From assembly GCA_030390025.1 (NCBI GenBank), contig JASTWF010000365.1, forward strand, positions 1-64,000: a stretch of DNA of 64,000 nt, written 5' to 3'. This DNA comes from Squalus acanthias. Lineage: Eukaryota. Position numbers and translations under genes: made by a program. The notes under the pieces are model-generated. The model was not told the DNA's origin. It did no database searches and saw only the letters and a list, made by a program, of their open reading frames with translations. Positions 21,401-36,400 of the stretch are shown piece by piece. Positions within the stretch are counted from its first letter, which is position 1. Each line of letters begins with the position of its first letter.

Positions 21401-24400
21401 CGAGCCTGTTACACAGGAACAGGAGGAGGCCCATTCAGCCCCTCGAGCCTGTTACATAGAAACAGGAGGCCCATTCAGCCCCTCGAGCCTGTTACATAGA
21501 AACAGGAGGCCCATTCAGCCCCTCGAGCCTGTTACATAGAAACAGGAGGCCCATTCAGCCCCTTGAGCCTGTTACACAGGAACAGGAGGAGGCCCATTCA
21601 GCCCCTCGAGCCTGTTACACAGGAACAGGAGGAGGCCATTCAGCCCCTCGAGCCTGTTATATAGGAACAGGAGGAGGCCATTCAGCACAGGAACAGGAGG
21701 AGGCCATTCAGCCCCTCGAGCCTGTTATATAGGAACAGGAGGAGGCCATTCAGCCCCTCGAGCCTGTTATATAGGAACAGGAGGAGGCCATTCAGCACCT
21801 CGAGCCTGTTACATAGGAACAGGAGGAGGCCCATTCAGCCCCTCGGGCCTGTTACCATAGGAACAGGAGGAGGCCCATTCAGCCCCTCGAGCCTGTTACA
21901 CAGGAACAGGAGGAGGCCATTCAGCCCCTCGAGCCTGTTACACAGGAACAGGAGGAGGCCCATTCAGCCCCTCGAGCCTGTTACACAGGAACAGGAGGAG
22001 GCCATTCAGCCCCTCGAGCCTGTTATATAGGAACAGGAGGAGGCCATTCAGCCCCTTGAGCCTGTTATATAGGAACAGGAGGAGGCCATTCAACACCTCG
22101 AGCCTGTTACATAGGAACAGGAGGAGGCCATTCAGCCCCTCGAGCCTGTTACACAGGAACAGGAGGAAGCCATTCAGCCCCTCGAGCCTGTTCCACAGGA
22201 ACAGGAGGAAGCCATTCAGCCCCTCGAGCCTGTTACACAGGAACATGAGGAATCCATTCAGCCCCTCGAGCCTGTTCCACAGGAACAGGAGGAAGCCATT
22301 CAGCCCCTCGAGCCTGTTCCACAAGAACAGGAGGAAGCCATTCAGCCCCTCGAGCCTGTTACACAGGAACAGGAGGAGGCCCATTCAGCCCCTCGAGCCT
22401 GTTACATAGAAACAGGAGGCCCATTCAGCCCCTTGAGCCTGTTACACAGGAACAGGAGGAGGCCATTCAGCCCCTCGAGCCTGTTACACAGGAACAGGAG
22501 CAGGCCATTCAGCCCCTCGAGCCTGTTCCACAGGAACAGGAGGAGGCCATTCAGCCCCTCGAGCCTGTTACACAGGAACAGGAGGAGGCCATTCAACCCC
22601 TCGAGCCTGTTATATAGGAACAGGAGGAGGCCCATTCAGCCCCTCGAGTCTGTTACACAGGAACAGGAGGAGGCCATTCAGCCCCTCGAGCCTGTTATAT
22701 AGGAACAGGAGGAGGCCATTCAGCCCCTCGGGCCTATTACACAAGGACAGGAGGAGCCCATTCAGCCCCTCGAGCCTGTTATATAGGAACAGGAGGAGGC
22801 CATTCAGCACCTCGAGCCTGTTACATAGGAACAGGAGGAGGCCCATTCAGCCCCTCGGGCCTGTTACCATAGGAACAGGAGGAGGCCCATTCAGCCCCTC
22901 GAGCCTGTTACACAGGAACAGGAGGAGGCCATTCAGCCCCTCGAGCCTGTTACACAGGAACAGGAGGAGGCCCATTCAGCCCCTCAAGCCTGTTACACAG
23001 GAACAGGAGGAGGCCATTCAGCCCCTCGAGCCTGTTATATAGGAACAGGAGGAGGCCATTCAGCCCCTCGAGACTGTTACCATAGGAACAGGAGGAGGCC
23101 CATTCAGCCCCTCGAGCCTGTTACACAGGAACAGAAGGAGGCCATTCAGCCCCTTGAGCCTGTTATATAGGAACAGGAGGAGGCCATTCAACACCTCGAG
23201 CCTGTTACATAGGAACAGGAGGAGGCCATTCAGCCCCTCGAGCCTGTTACACAGGAACAGGAGGAAGCCATTCAGCCCCTCGAGCCTGTTCCACAGGAAC
23301 AGGAGGAAGCCATTCAGCCCCTCGAGCCTGTTACACAGGAACATGAGGAATCCATTCAGCCCCTCGAGCCTGTTCCACAGGAACAGGAGGAGGCACATTC
23401 AGCCCCTCGGGCCTGTTACACAGGAACAGGAGGAGTCCCATTCAGCCCCTTGAGTGTGTTACCCAGGAACAGGAGGAGGCCCATTCAGCCCCTCGAGCCA
23501 GTTACACAGGAACAGGAGGATGCCAATCAGCCCCTCGAGCCTGTTACACAGGAACAGGAGGAGGCCCATTCAGCCCCTCGAGCCAGTTACACAGGAACAG
23601 GAGGAGGCACATTCAGCCCCTCGGGCCTGTTACACAGGAACAGGAGGAGGTCATTCAACCCCTCGAGCCTGTTACACAGGAACAGGTGGAGGACATTCAG
23701 CCCCTCGGGCCTGTTGTACAGGAATGTAGCAGGACAGTTAAAAAGGCATACGTGATACTTCCCTTTATTAGCCGAGGCATAGAATATAAGAACAGGGAGG
23801 TTTTGCTTGAACTGTATAAAACACTCGTTAGGCCACAGCTAGAATACTGCGTGCAGTTCTGGTCACCACATTACAGGAAGGAGGTGATTGCACCAGAGAG
23901 TATGCAAAGGAGATTGCCTGGCCTGGAGAATTTTAGCTATGGGGTAAGATTGGCGAGGCTGGGGTTGTTTTCTTTGAAACAGAGGAGGCTGAGGGGAGAC
24001 TTAATTGAGGTGTATAAAATGATGAGGGGCCTAGATAGAGTGGATAGGAAGGACCGATTTCCCTCAGCAGAGGGCTCGATAACCAGGGGGCAGAGATTTA
24101 AAGTAATTGGTAGAAGGATTAGAGGGGAGTTGAGGAGAAATTCTTTCACCCAGAGGGTGGTGGGGGTCTGGAACTCACTGCCTGAAAGGGTGGTAGAGGC
24201 AGAAACCCTCATCACATTTAAAATGAACTTTGATATGTGCGTGAAGTGCTGTAACCTACAGGCCCATGGACCAAGAGCTGAAATGTGGGATTAGGCTGGA
24301 TAGCTCTTTGTCAGCCGGCAAGGTCAAGATGGGCCGAATGGCCTCCTTCTATGCTGTAAAACAGGAGGAGGCCCATTCAGCCCCTCGAGTGTTTTACACA

Positions 24401-27400
24401 GGAACAGGAGGAGGCAATTCAGCACCTCGAGCCTGTTACATAGGAACAGGAGGAGGCCCATTCAGCCCCTCGAGCCTGTTACATAGGAACAGGAGGAAGC
24501 TGTTCAACCCCTCGAGCCTGTTCCACAGGAACAGGAGGAAGCCATTCAGCCCCTCGAGCCTGTTACATAGGAACAGGAGGAAGCCATTCAGCCTCTCGAG
24601 CCTGTTCCACAGGAACAGGAGGAGACCCATTCAGCCCCTCGAGCCTGTTACACAGGAACAGGAGGAACCCATTCAGCCCCTTGAGCCTGTTACATAGGAA
24701 CAGGAGGAGGCCATTCAGCCCCTCGAGCCTGTTACACAGGAACAGGAGGAGGCCATTCAGCACCTCGAGCCTGTTACAAAGGAACAGGAGGAGGCCATTC
24801 CGCCCCTCGAGCCTGTTACACAGGAACAGGAGGAGGCCATTCAGCCCCTCGAGCCTGTGATATAGGAACAGGAGGAGGCCATTCAGCACCTCGAGCCTGT
24901 TACATAGGAACAGGAGGAGGCCATTCAGCCCCTCGAGCCTCTTACATAGGAACAGGAGGAGGCCATTCAGCCCCTCGAGCCTGTTACACAGGAACAGGAG
25001 GAGGACATTCAACCCCTCGGGCCTGTTACATAGGAACAGGAGGAGGCCATTCAACCTCTCGAGCCTGTTACACAGGAACAGGAGGCCATTCAGCCTCTCA
25101 AGCCTGTTACATAGGAACAGCAGGAGGCCATTCAGCCCCTCGAGCCTGTTACATCGGAACAGGAGGAGGTTATTCAGCCCCTCGAGACTGTTACACAGGA
25201 ACAGTAGGAGCCCCATTCAGCACCTCGAGTGTTTTTCACAGGAACAGGAGGAGGCCCATTCAGCCCCTCAAGTCTGTTACACGGGAACAGGAGGAGGCCC
25301 ATTCAGCCCCTCGAGCCTGTTACACAGGAACAGGAGGAGGCACATTCAGCCCCTCGGGCCTGTTACACAGGAACAGGAGGAGGACATTCAACCCCTCGAG
25401 CCTGTTACACAGGAACAGGTGGAGGACATTCAGCCCCTCGGGCCTGTTGTATAGGAAGGTAGCAGGACAGTTAAAAAGGCATACGGGATACTTCCCTTTA
25501 TTAGCCGAGGCATAGAATATAAGAACAGGGAGGTTATGCTTGAACTGTATAAAACACTAGTTAGGCCACAGCTAGAATACTGCGTGCAGTTCTGGTCACC
25601 ACATTACAGGAAGGAGGTGATTGCACCAGAGAGTATGCAAAGGAGATTGCCTGGCCTGGAGAATTTTAGCTATGGGGAAAGATTGGAGAGGCTGGGGATG
25701 TTTTCTTTGAAACAGAGGAGGCTGAGGGGAGACTTAATTGAGGTGTATGAAATGATGAGGGGTCTAGATAGAGTGGACAGGAAGGACCGATTTCCCTCAG
25801 CAGAGGGCCCGATAACCAGGGGGCAGAGATTTAAAGTAATTGGTAGAAGGATTAGAGGGGAGTTGAGGAGAAATTCTTTCACCCAGAGGGTGGTGGGGGT
25901 CTGGAACTCACTGCCTGAAAGGGTGGTAGAGGCAGAAACCCTCATCACATTTAAAATGAACTTGGCTATGCGCTTGAGGTGCTGTAACCTACAGGGCCAT
26001 GGACCAAGAGCTGAAATGTGGGATTAGGCTGGATAGCTCTTTGTCAGCCGGCAAGGTCAAGATGGGCCGAATGGCCTCCTTCTATGCTGTAAAACAGGAG
26101 GAGGCCCATTCAGCCCCTCGAGCCTGTTACACAGGAACAGGAGGAGCCCATTCAACACCTCGAGCCTGTTACACAGGAACAGGAGGAGGCCATTCAGCAC
26201 CTCGAGCCTGTTACATAGGAACAGGAGGAAGCTGTTCAACCCCTCGAGCCTGTTCCACAGGAACAGGAGGAGGCCATTCAGCAACTCGATCCTGTTACAC
26301 AGGAACAGGAGGAGGCCCATTCAGCCCCTCGGGCCTGTTACACAGGAACAGGAGGAGGCCCATTCAGCCCCTCGAGCCTGTTACACAGGAACAGGAGGAG
26401 GCCCATTCAGCCCCTCGGGCCTGTTACCAGAGGAACAGGAGGAGGCCCATTCAGCCCCTCGAGCCTGTTACATAGGAACAGGAGGAGGCCCATTCAGCCC
26501 CTCGAGCCTGTTACACAGGAACAGGAGGAGGCCATTCAGCCCCTCGAGCCTGTTATATAGGAACAGGAGGAGGCCATTCAGCCCCTTGAGCCTGTTATAT
26601 AGGAACAGGAGGAGGCCATTCAACACCTCGAGCCTGTTACATAGGAACAGGAGGAGGCCATTCAGCCCCTCGAGCCTGTTACACAGGAACAGGAGGAAGC
26701 CATTCAGCCCCTCGAGCCTGTTCCACAGGAACAGGAGGAAGCCATTCAGCCCCTCGAGCCTGTTACACAGGAACATGAGGAAGACATTCAGCCCCTCGAG
26801 CCTGTTCCACAGGAACAGGAGGATGCACATTCAGCCCCTCGGGCCTGTTACACAGGAACAGGAGGAGTCCCATTCAGCCCCTTGAGTGTGTTACCCAGGA
26901 ACAGGAGGAGGCCCATTCAGCCCCTCGAGCCAGTTACACAGGAACAGGAGGATGCCAATCAGCCCCTCGAGCCTGTTACACAGGAACAGGAGGAGGCCCA
27001 TTCAGCCCCTCGAGCCAGTTACACAGGAACAGGAGGAGGCACATTCAGCCCCTCGGGCCTGTTACACAGGAACAGGAGGAGGTCATTCAACCCCTCGAGC
27101 CTGTTACACAGGAACAGGTGGAGGACATTCAGCCCCTCGGGCCTGTTGTACAGGAATGTAGCAGGACAGTTAAAAAGGCATACGTGATACTTCCCTTTAT
27201 TAGCCGAGGCATAGAATATAAGAACAGGGAGGTTTTGCTTGAACTGTATAAAACACTCGTTAGGCCACAGCTAGAATACTGCGTGCAGTTCTGGTCACCA
27301 CATTACAGGAAGGAGGTGATTGCACCAGAGAGTATGCAAAGGAGATTGCCTGGCCTGGAGAATTTTAGCTATGGGGTAAGATTGGCGAGGCTGGGGTTGT

Positions 27401-30400
27401 TTTCTTTGAAACAGAGGAGGCTGAGGGGAGACTTAATTGAGGTGTATAAAATGATGAGGGGCCGAGATAGAGTAGATAGGAAGGACCGATTTCCCTCAGC
27501 AGAGGGCTCGATAACCAGGGGCCAGTGATTTAAAGTAATTGGTAGAAGGATTAGAGGGGAGTTGAGGAGAAATTCTTTCACCCAGAGGGTGGTGGGGGTC
27601 TGGAACTCACTGCCTGAAAGGGTGGTAGAGGCAGAAACCCTCATCACATTTAAAATGAACTTTGATATGCGCTTGAGGTGCTGTAACCTACAGGGCCATG
27701 GACCAAGAGCTGAAATGTGGGATTAGGCTGGATAGCTCTTTGTCAGCCGGCAAGGACAAGATGGGCCGAATGGCCTCCTTCTGTGCTGTAAAACAGGAGG
27801 AGGCCCATTCAGCCCCTCGAGCCTGTTACATAGGAACAGGAGGAGGCCCATTCAACACCTCGAGCCTGTTACACAGGAACAGGAGGAGGCCATTCAGCAC
27901 CTCGAGCCTGTTACATAGGAACAGGAGGAAGCTGTTCAACCCCTCGAGCCTGTTCCACAGGAACAGGAGGAAGCCATTCAGCCCCTCGAGCCTGTTACAT
28001 AGGAACAGGAGGAAGCCATTCAGCCCCTCGAGCCTGTTCCACAGGAACAGGAGGAGGCCATTCAGCACCTCGAGCCTGTTACATAGGAACAGGAGGAGGC
28101 CATTCAGCACCTCGATCCTGTTACACAGGAACAGGAGGAGGCCATTCAGCACCTCGAGCCTGTTACAAAGGAACAGGAGGAGGCCATTCAGCCCCTCAAG
28201 CCTGTTACACAGGAACAGGAGGAGGCCATTCAGCCCCTCGAGCCTGTTATATAGGAACAGGAGGAGGCCATTCAGCACCTCGAGCCTGTTACATAGGAAC
28301 AGGAGGAGGCCATTCAGCCCCTCGAGCCTCTTACATAGGAACAGGAGGAGGCCATTCAGCAACTCGAGCCTGTTACACAGGAACAGGAGGAGGCCCATTC
28401 AGCCCCTCGAGCCTGTTACACAGGAACAGGAGGAGGCCCATTCAGCCCCTCGAGCCTGTTACACAGGAACAGGAGGAGGCCCATTCAGCCCCTCAAGCCT
28501 GTTACATAGGAACAGGAGGAGGCCCATTCAGCCCCTCGAGCCTGTTACACAGGAACAGGAGGCGCCCATTCAGCCCCTCGAGCCTGTTACACAGGAACAG
28601 GAGGAGGCCATTCAGCACCTCGAGCCTGTTACATAGGAACAGGAGGAGGCCATTCAGCCCCTCGAGCCTGTTACACAGGAACAGGAGGAGGCCATTCAGC
28701 CCCTCGAGCCTGTTACACAGGAACAGGAGGAGGACATTCAACCACTCGGGCCTGTTATATAGGAACAGGAGGAGGCCATTCAACCTCTCGAGCCTGTTAC
28801 ACAGGAACAGGAGGCCATTCAGCCTCTCAAGCCTGTTACATAGGAACAGGAGGAGGCCATTCAGCCCCTCGAGCCTGTTACATCGGAACAGGAGGAGGTT
28901 ATTCAGCCCCTCGAGACTGTTACACAGGAACAGTAGGAGCCCCATTCAGCACCTCGAGTGTTTTTCACAGGAACAGGAGGAGGCCCATTCAGCCCCTCGA
29001 GCCTGTTACACAGGAACAGGAGGAGGACATTCAACCACTCGGGCCTGTTATATAGGAACAGGAGGAGGCCATTCAACCTCTCGAGCCTGTTACACAGGAA
29101 CAGGAGGCCATTCAGCCTCTCAAGCCTGTTACATAGGAACAGGAGGAGGCCATTCAGCCCCTCGAGCCTGTTACATCGGAACAGGAGGAGGTTATTCAGC
29201 CCCTCGAGACTGTTACACAGGAACAGTAGGAGCCCCATTCAGCACCTCGAGTGTTTTTCACAGGAACAGGAGGAGGCCCATTCAGCCCCTCAAGCCAGTT
29301 ACACAGGAACAGGAGGAGGCACATTCAGCCCCTCGGGCCTGTTACACAGGAACAGGAGGAGGCCATTCAGTCCCTCGAGCCTGTTACACAGGAACAGGAG
29401 GAGGACATTCAACCCCTCGAGCCTGTTACACAGGAACAGGTGGAGGACATTCAGCCCCTCGGGCCTGTTGTATAGGAAGGTAGCAGGACAGTTAAAAAGG
29501 CATACGGGATACTTCCCTTTATTAGCCGAGGCATAGAATATAAGAACAAGGAGGTTATGCTTGAACTGTATAAAACACTAGTTAGGCCACAGCTAGAATA
29601 CTGCGTGCAGTTCTGGTCACCACATTACAGGAAGGAGGTGATTGCACCAGAGAGTATGCAAAGGAGATTGCCTGGACTGGAGAATTTTAGCTATGGGGAA
29701 AGATTGGCGAGGCTGGGGTTGTTTCTTTGAAACAGAGGAGGCTGAGGGGAGACTTAATTGAGGTGTATAAAATGATGAGGGGTCTAGATAGAGTGGATAG
29801 GAAGGACCGATTTCCCTCAGCAGAGGGCTCGATAACCAGGGGGCAGAGATTTAAAGTAATTGGTAGAAGGATTAGAGGGGAGTTGAGGAGAAATTCTTTC
29901 ACCCAGAGGGTGGTGGGGGTCTGGAACTCATTGCCTGAAAGGGTGGTAGAGGCAGAAACCCTCATCACATTTAAAATGAACTTTGATATGCGCTTGAGGT
30001 GCTGTAACCTACAGGGCCATGGACCAAGAGCTGAAATGTGGGATTAGGCTGGATAGCTCTTTGTCAGCCGGCAAGGACAAGATGGGCCGAATGGCCTCCT
30101 TCTGTGCTGTAAAATAGGAGGAGGCGATTCAGCACCTCGAGTGTTTTACAAATGAACAGTAGGAGGCCATTGAGCCCCTCGAGCCTGTTACACAGGAACA
30201 GGAGGAGGCCCATTCAGCCCCTGGAGCCTGTTACATAGGAACAGGAGAAGGCCCATTCAGCCCCTGGAGCCTGTTACACAGGAACAGGAGGAGGCCCATT
30301 CAGCCCCTCGAGTCTGTTACACAGGAACAGGAGGAGGCCATTCAGCCCCTCGAGCCTGTTATATAGGAACAGGAGGAGGCCCATTCAGCACCCTCGAGCC

Positions 30401-33400
30401 TGTTACCATAGGAACAGGAGGAGGCCATTCAGCCCCTGGAGCCTGTTACATAGGAACAGGAGAAGGCCCATTCAGCCCCTCGAGCCTGTTACACAGGAAC
30501 AGGAGGAGGCCATTCAGCCCCTCGAGCCTGTTATATAGGAACAGGAGGAGGCCCATTCAGCCCCTCGAGCCTGTTACACAGGAACAGGAGGAGGCCATTC
30601 AGCACCTCGAGCCTGTTATATAGGAACAGGAGGAGGCCATTCAGCACCTCGAGCCTGTTACATAGGAACAGGAGGAGGCCATTCAGCCCCTCGAGCCTGT
30701 TACATAGGAACAGGAGGAGGCCCATTCAGCCCCTCGGGCCTGTTACCATAGGAACAGGAGGAGGCCCATTCAGCCCCTCGAGCCTGTTACATAGGAACAG
30801 GAGGAGGCCCATTCTGCCCCTCGAGCCTGTTACACAGGAACAGGAGGAGGCCATTCAACCCCTCCAGCCTGTTACACAGGAACAGGAGGAGGCCATTCAG
30901 CCCCTCGAGCCTGTTATATAGGAACAGGAGGAGGCCCATTCAGCCCCTCGAGCCTGTTACACAGGAACAGGAGGAGGCCATTCAGCCCCTCGAGCCTGTT
31001 ATAAAGGAACAGGAGGAGGCCATTCAGCACCTCGAGCCTGTTACATAGGAACAGGAGGAGGCCATTCAGCCCCTCGAGCCTGTTGCATAGGAACAGGAGG
31101 AGGCCCATTAAGCCCCTCGGGCCTGTTACCATAGGAACAGGAGGAGGCCCATTCAGCCCCTCGAGCCTGTTACATAGGAACAGGAGGAGGCCCATTCAGC
31201 CCCTTGAGCCTGTTATATAGGAACAGGAGGAGGCCATTCAACCCCTCGGGCCTGTTATATAGGAACAGGAGGAGGCCATTCAACCTCTCGAGCCTGTTAC
31301 ACAGGAACAGGAGGCCATACAGCCTCTCAAGCCTGTTACATAGAAACAGCAGGAGGCCATTCAGCCCCTCGAGGCTGTTACATCGGAACAGGAGGAGGTT
31401 ATTCAGCCCCTCGAGACTGTTACACAGGAACAGTAGGAGCCCCATTCAGCACCTCGAGTGTTTTTCACAGGAACAGGAGGAGGCCCATTCAGCCCCTCAA
31501 GTCAGTTACAAAGGAACAGGAGGAGGCCCATTCAGCCCCTCGAGCCTGTTACACAGGAACAGGAGGAGCCCATTCAGCCCCTCGAGCCTGTTACACAGGA
31601 ACAGGAGGAGGCCCATTCAGCCCCTCGAGCCTGTTACACAGGAACAGGAGGAGGCCCATTTCGACGCTCAAGCCAGTTACACAGGAACAGGAGGAGGCCA
31701 TTCAGCCCCTCGAGCCTGTTACACAGGAACAGGAGGAGGCCCATTCAGCCCCTCGAGCCAGTTACACAGGAACAGGAGGAGGCCCATTCAGCCCCTCGAG
31801 CCTGTTACACAGGAACAGGTGGAGGACATTCAGCCCCTCGGGCCTGTTGTATAGGAACAGGAGGAGGCCCATTCAGCCCCTCGGGCCTGTTGTATAGGAA
31901 GGTAGCAGGACAGTTAAAAAGGCATACGGGATACTTCCCTTTATTAGCCGAGGCATAGAATATAAGAACAAGGAGGTTATGCTTGAACTGTATAAAACAC
32001 TAGTTAGGCCACAGCTAGAATACTGCGTGCAGTTCTGGTCACCACATTACAGGAAGGAGGTGATTGCACCAGAGAGTATGCAAAGGAGATTGCCTGGCCT
32101 GGAGAATTTTAGCTATGGGGAAAGATTGGCGAGGCTGGGGTTGTTTCTTTGAAACAGAGGAGGCTGAGGGGAGACTTAATTGAGGTGTATAAAATGATGA
32201 GGGGCCGACATAGAGTTGATAGGAAGGACCGATTTCCCTCAGCAGAGGGCTCGATAACCAGGGGGCAGAGATTTAAAGTAATTGGTAGAAGGATTAGAGG
32301 GGAGTTGAGGAGAAATTCTTTCACCCAGAGGGTGGTGGGGGTCTGGAACTCATTGCCTGAAAGGGTGGTAGAGGCAGAAACCCTCATCACATTTAAAATG
32401 AACTTTGATATGCGCTTGAGGTGCTGTAACCTACAGGGCCATGGACCAAGAGCTGAAATGTGGGATTAGGCTGGATAGCTCTTTGTCAGCCGGCAAGGAC
32501 AAGATGGGCCGAATGGCCTCCTTCTGTGCTGTAAAATAGGAGGAGGCGATTCAGCACCTCGAGTGTTTTACATAGGAACAGTAGGAGGCCATTCAGCCCC
32601 TCAAGCCTGTTACATAGGAACAGGAGGAGGCCCATTCAGCCCCTCGGGCCTGTTACCATAGGAACAGGAGGAGGCCCATTCAGCCCCTGGAGCCTGTTAC
32701 GTAGGAACAGGAGAAGGCCCATTCAGCCCCTCGAGCCTGTTACACAGGAACAGGAGGAGGCCATTCAACCCCTCCAGCCTGTTACACAGGAACAGGAGGA
32801 GGCCATTCAGCCCCTCGAGCCTGTTATATAGGAACAGGAGGAGGCCCATTCAGCCCCTCGAGCCTGTTACACAGGAACAGGAGGAGGCCATTCAGCCCCA
32901 CGAGCCTGTTATATAGGAACAGGAGGAGTCCATTCAGCACCTCGAGCCTGTTACATAGGAACAGGAGGAGGCCATTCAACCCCTCCAGCCTGTTACACAG
33001 GAACAGGAGGAGGCCATTCAGCCCCTCGAGCCTGTTATATAGGAACAGGAGGAGGCCCATTCAGCCCCTCGAGCCTGTTACACAGGAACAGGAGGAGGCC
33101 ATTCAGCCCCTCGAGCCTGTTATAAAGGAACAGGAGGAGGCCATTCAGCACCTCGAGCCTGTTACATAGGAACAGGAGGAGGCCATTCAGCCCCTCGAGC
33201 CTGTTACATAGGAACAGGAGGAGGCCCATTAAGCCCCTCGGGCCTGTTACCATAGGAACAGGAGGAGGCCCATTCAGCCCCTCGAGCCTGTTACATAGGA
33301 ACAGGAGGAGGCCCATTCAGCCCCTTGAGCCTCTTACACAGGAACAGGAGGAGGCCATTCAACCCCTCCAGCCTATTACACAGGAACAGGAGGAGGCCAT

Positions 33401-36400
33401 TCAGCCCCTCGAGCCTGTTATATAGGAACAGGAGGAGGCCATTCAACCCCTCGGGCCTGTTATATAGGAACAGGAGGAGGCCATTCAACCTCTCGAGCCT
33501 GTTACACAGGAACAGGAGGCCATTCAGCCTCTCAAGCCTGTTACATAGAAACAGCAGGAGGCCATTCAGCCCCTCGAGGCTGTTACATCGGAACAGGAGG
33601 AGGTTATTCAGCCCCTCGAGACTGTTACACAGGAACAGTAGGAGCCCCATTCAGCACCTCGAGTGTTTTTCACAGGAACAGGAGGAGGCCCATTCAGCCC
33701 CTCAAGTCAGTTACAAAGGAACAGGAGGAGGCCCATTCAGCCCCTCGAGCCTGTTACACAGGAACAGGAGGAGCCCATTCAGCCCCTCGAGCCTGTTACA
33801 CAGGAACAGGAGGAGGCCCATTCAGCCCCTCGAGCCTGTTACACAGGAACAGGAGGAGGCCCATTTCGACGCTCAAGCCAGTTACACAGGAACAGGAGGA
33901 GGCACATTCAGCCCCTCGAGCCAGTTACACAGGAACAGGAGGAGGCACATTCAGCCCCTCGGGCCTGTTATATAGGAACAGGAGGAGGCCATTCAACCTC
34001 TCGAGCCTGTTACACAGGAACAGGAGGCCATTCAGCCTCTCAAGCCTGTTACATAGAAACAGCAGGAGGCCATTCAGCCCCTCGAGGCTGTTACATCGGA
34101 ACAGGAGGAGGTTATTCAGCCCCTCGGGCCTGTTACCATAGGAACAGGAGGAGGCCCATTCAGCCCCTCGATCCTGTTACATAGGAACAGGAGGAGGCCC
34201 ATTCAGCCCCTCGAGGCTGTTACACAGGAACAGGAGGAGGCCATTCAGCCTCTCGAGCCTGAAAAGGAGGAAGCCATTCAGCCCCTCGAGCCTGTTACAT
34301 AGGAACAGGAGGAAGCCATTCAGCCCCTTCAGCCTGTTCCACAGGAACAGGAGGAGGCCCATTCGGCCCCTCGAGCCAGTTACACAGGAACAGGAGGAGG
34401 CCATTCAGCCCCTCGAGCCTGTTATATAGGAACAGGAGGAGGCCATTCTTCACCTCGAGCTGTTACATAGGAACAGGAGGAGGCCATTCAGCCCCTCGAG
34501 CCTGTTACATAGGAACAGGAGGAAGCCATTCAGCCCCTCGAGCCTGTTCCACAGGAACAGGAGGAAGCCATTCAGCCCCTCGAGCCTGTTACATAGGAAC
34601 AGGAGGAAGTCATTCAGCCCCTCGAGCCTGTTCCACAGGAACAGGAGGAGGCCCATTCAGCCCCTTGAGTGTGTTACACAGGAACAGGAGGAGGCACATT
34701 CAGCACCTCGAGCCAGTTACACAGGAACAGGAGGAGGCCATTCAGCCCCTCGAGCCTGTTACATAGGAACAGGAGGAGGCCCATTCAGCCCCTCGGGCCT
34801 GTTACACAGGAACAGGAGGAGGACATTCAACCCGTGAGCCTGTTACACAGGAACAGGATGGAGGACATTCAGCCCCTCGGGCCTGTTGTATAGGAAGGTA
34901 GCAGGACAGTTAAAAAGGCATACGGGATACTTCCCTTTATTAGCCGAGGCATAGAATATAAGAACAGGGAGGTTATGCTTGAACTGTATAAAACACTCGT
35001 TAGGCCACAGCTAGAATACTGCGCGCAGTTCTGGTCACCACATTACAGGAAGGAGGTGATTGCACCAGAGAGTATGCAAAGGAGATTGCCTGGCCTGGAG
35101 AATTTTAGCTATGGGGAAAGATTGGCGAGGCTGGGGTTGTTTTCTTTGAAACAGAGGAGGCTGAGGGGAGACTTAATTGAGGTGTATAAAATGATGAGGG
35201 GCCTAGATAGAGTGGATAGGAAGGACCGATTTCCCTCAGCAGAGGGCTCGATAACCAGGGGGCAGAGATTTAAAGTAATTGGTAGAAGGATTAGAGGGGA
35301 GTTGAGGAGAAATTCTTTCACCCAGAGGGTGGTGGGGGTCTGGAACTCACTGCCTGAAAGGGTGGTAGAGGCAGAAACCCTCATCACATTTAAAATGAAC
35401 TTGGATATGTGCGTGAAGTGCTGTAACCTACAGGGCCATGGACCAAGAGCTGAAATGTGGGATTAGGCTGGATAGCTCTTTGTCAGCCGGCAAGGACAAG
35501 ATGGGCCGAATGGCCTCCTTCTGTGCTGTATAACAGGAGGAGGCCCATTCAGCCCCTCGAGCCTGTTACACAGGAACAGGAGGAGGCCATTCAGCACCTC
35601 GAGCCTGTTACATAGGAACAGGAGGAGGCCCATTCAGCCCCTCGAGCCTGTTACATAGGAACAGGAGGAAGCTGTTCAACCCCTCGAGCCTGTTCCACAG
35701 GAACAGGAGGAAGCCATTCAGCCCCTCGAGCCTGTTACATAGGAACAGGAGGAGGCCCATTCAGCCCCTCGAGCCTGTTACACAGGAACAGGAGGAGGCC
35801 ATTCAGCCCCTCGAGCCTGTTCCACAGGAACAGGAGGAGGCCCATTCAGCCCCTTGGAGGCACATTCAGCCCCTCGGGCCTGTTACACAGGAACAGGAGG
35901 AGGCCCATTCAGCCCCTCGAGCCTGTTACACAGGAACAGGAGGAGGCCATTCAGCACCTCGATCCTGTTACACAGGAACAGGAGGAGGCCATTTAGCCCC
36001 TCGAGCCTGTTATATAGGAACAGGAGGAGGCCCATTCAGCCCCTCGAGCCTGTTATATAGGAACAGGAGGAGTCCATTCAGCCCGTTGAGCCTGTTACAT
36101 AGGAACAGGAGGAGGCCATTCAGCCCCTCGAGCCTGTTACATAGGAACAGGAGGAGGCCATTTAGCACCTCGAGCCTGTTACATAGGAACAGGAGGAGGC
36201 CATTTAGCCCCTCGAGCCTGTTACACAGGAACAGGAGGAGGCCATTCAGCCCCTCGAGCCTGTTATATAGGAACAGGAGGAGGCCATTCAGCACCTCGAG
36301 CCTGTTACATAGGAACAGGAGGAGGCCATTCAGCCCCTCGAGCCTGTTACATAGGAACAGGAGGAGGCCATTCAGCCCCTCGAGCCTGTTACACAGGAAC

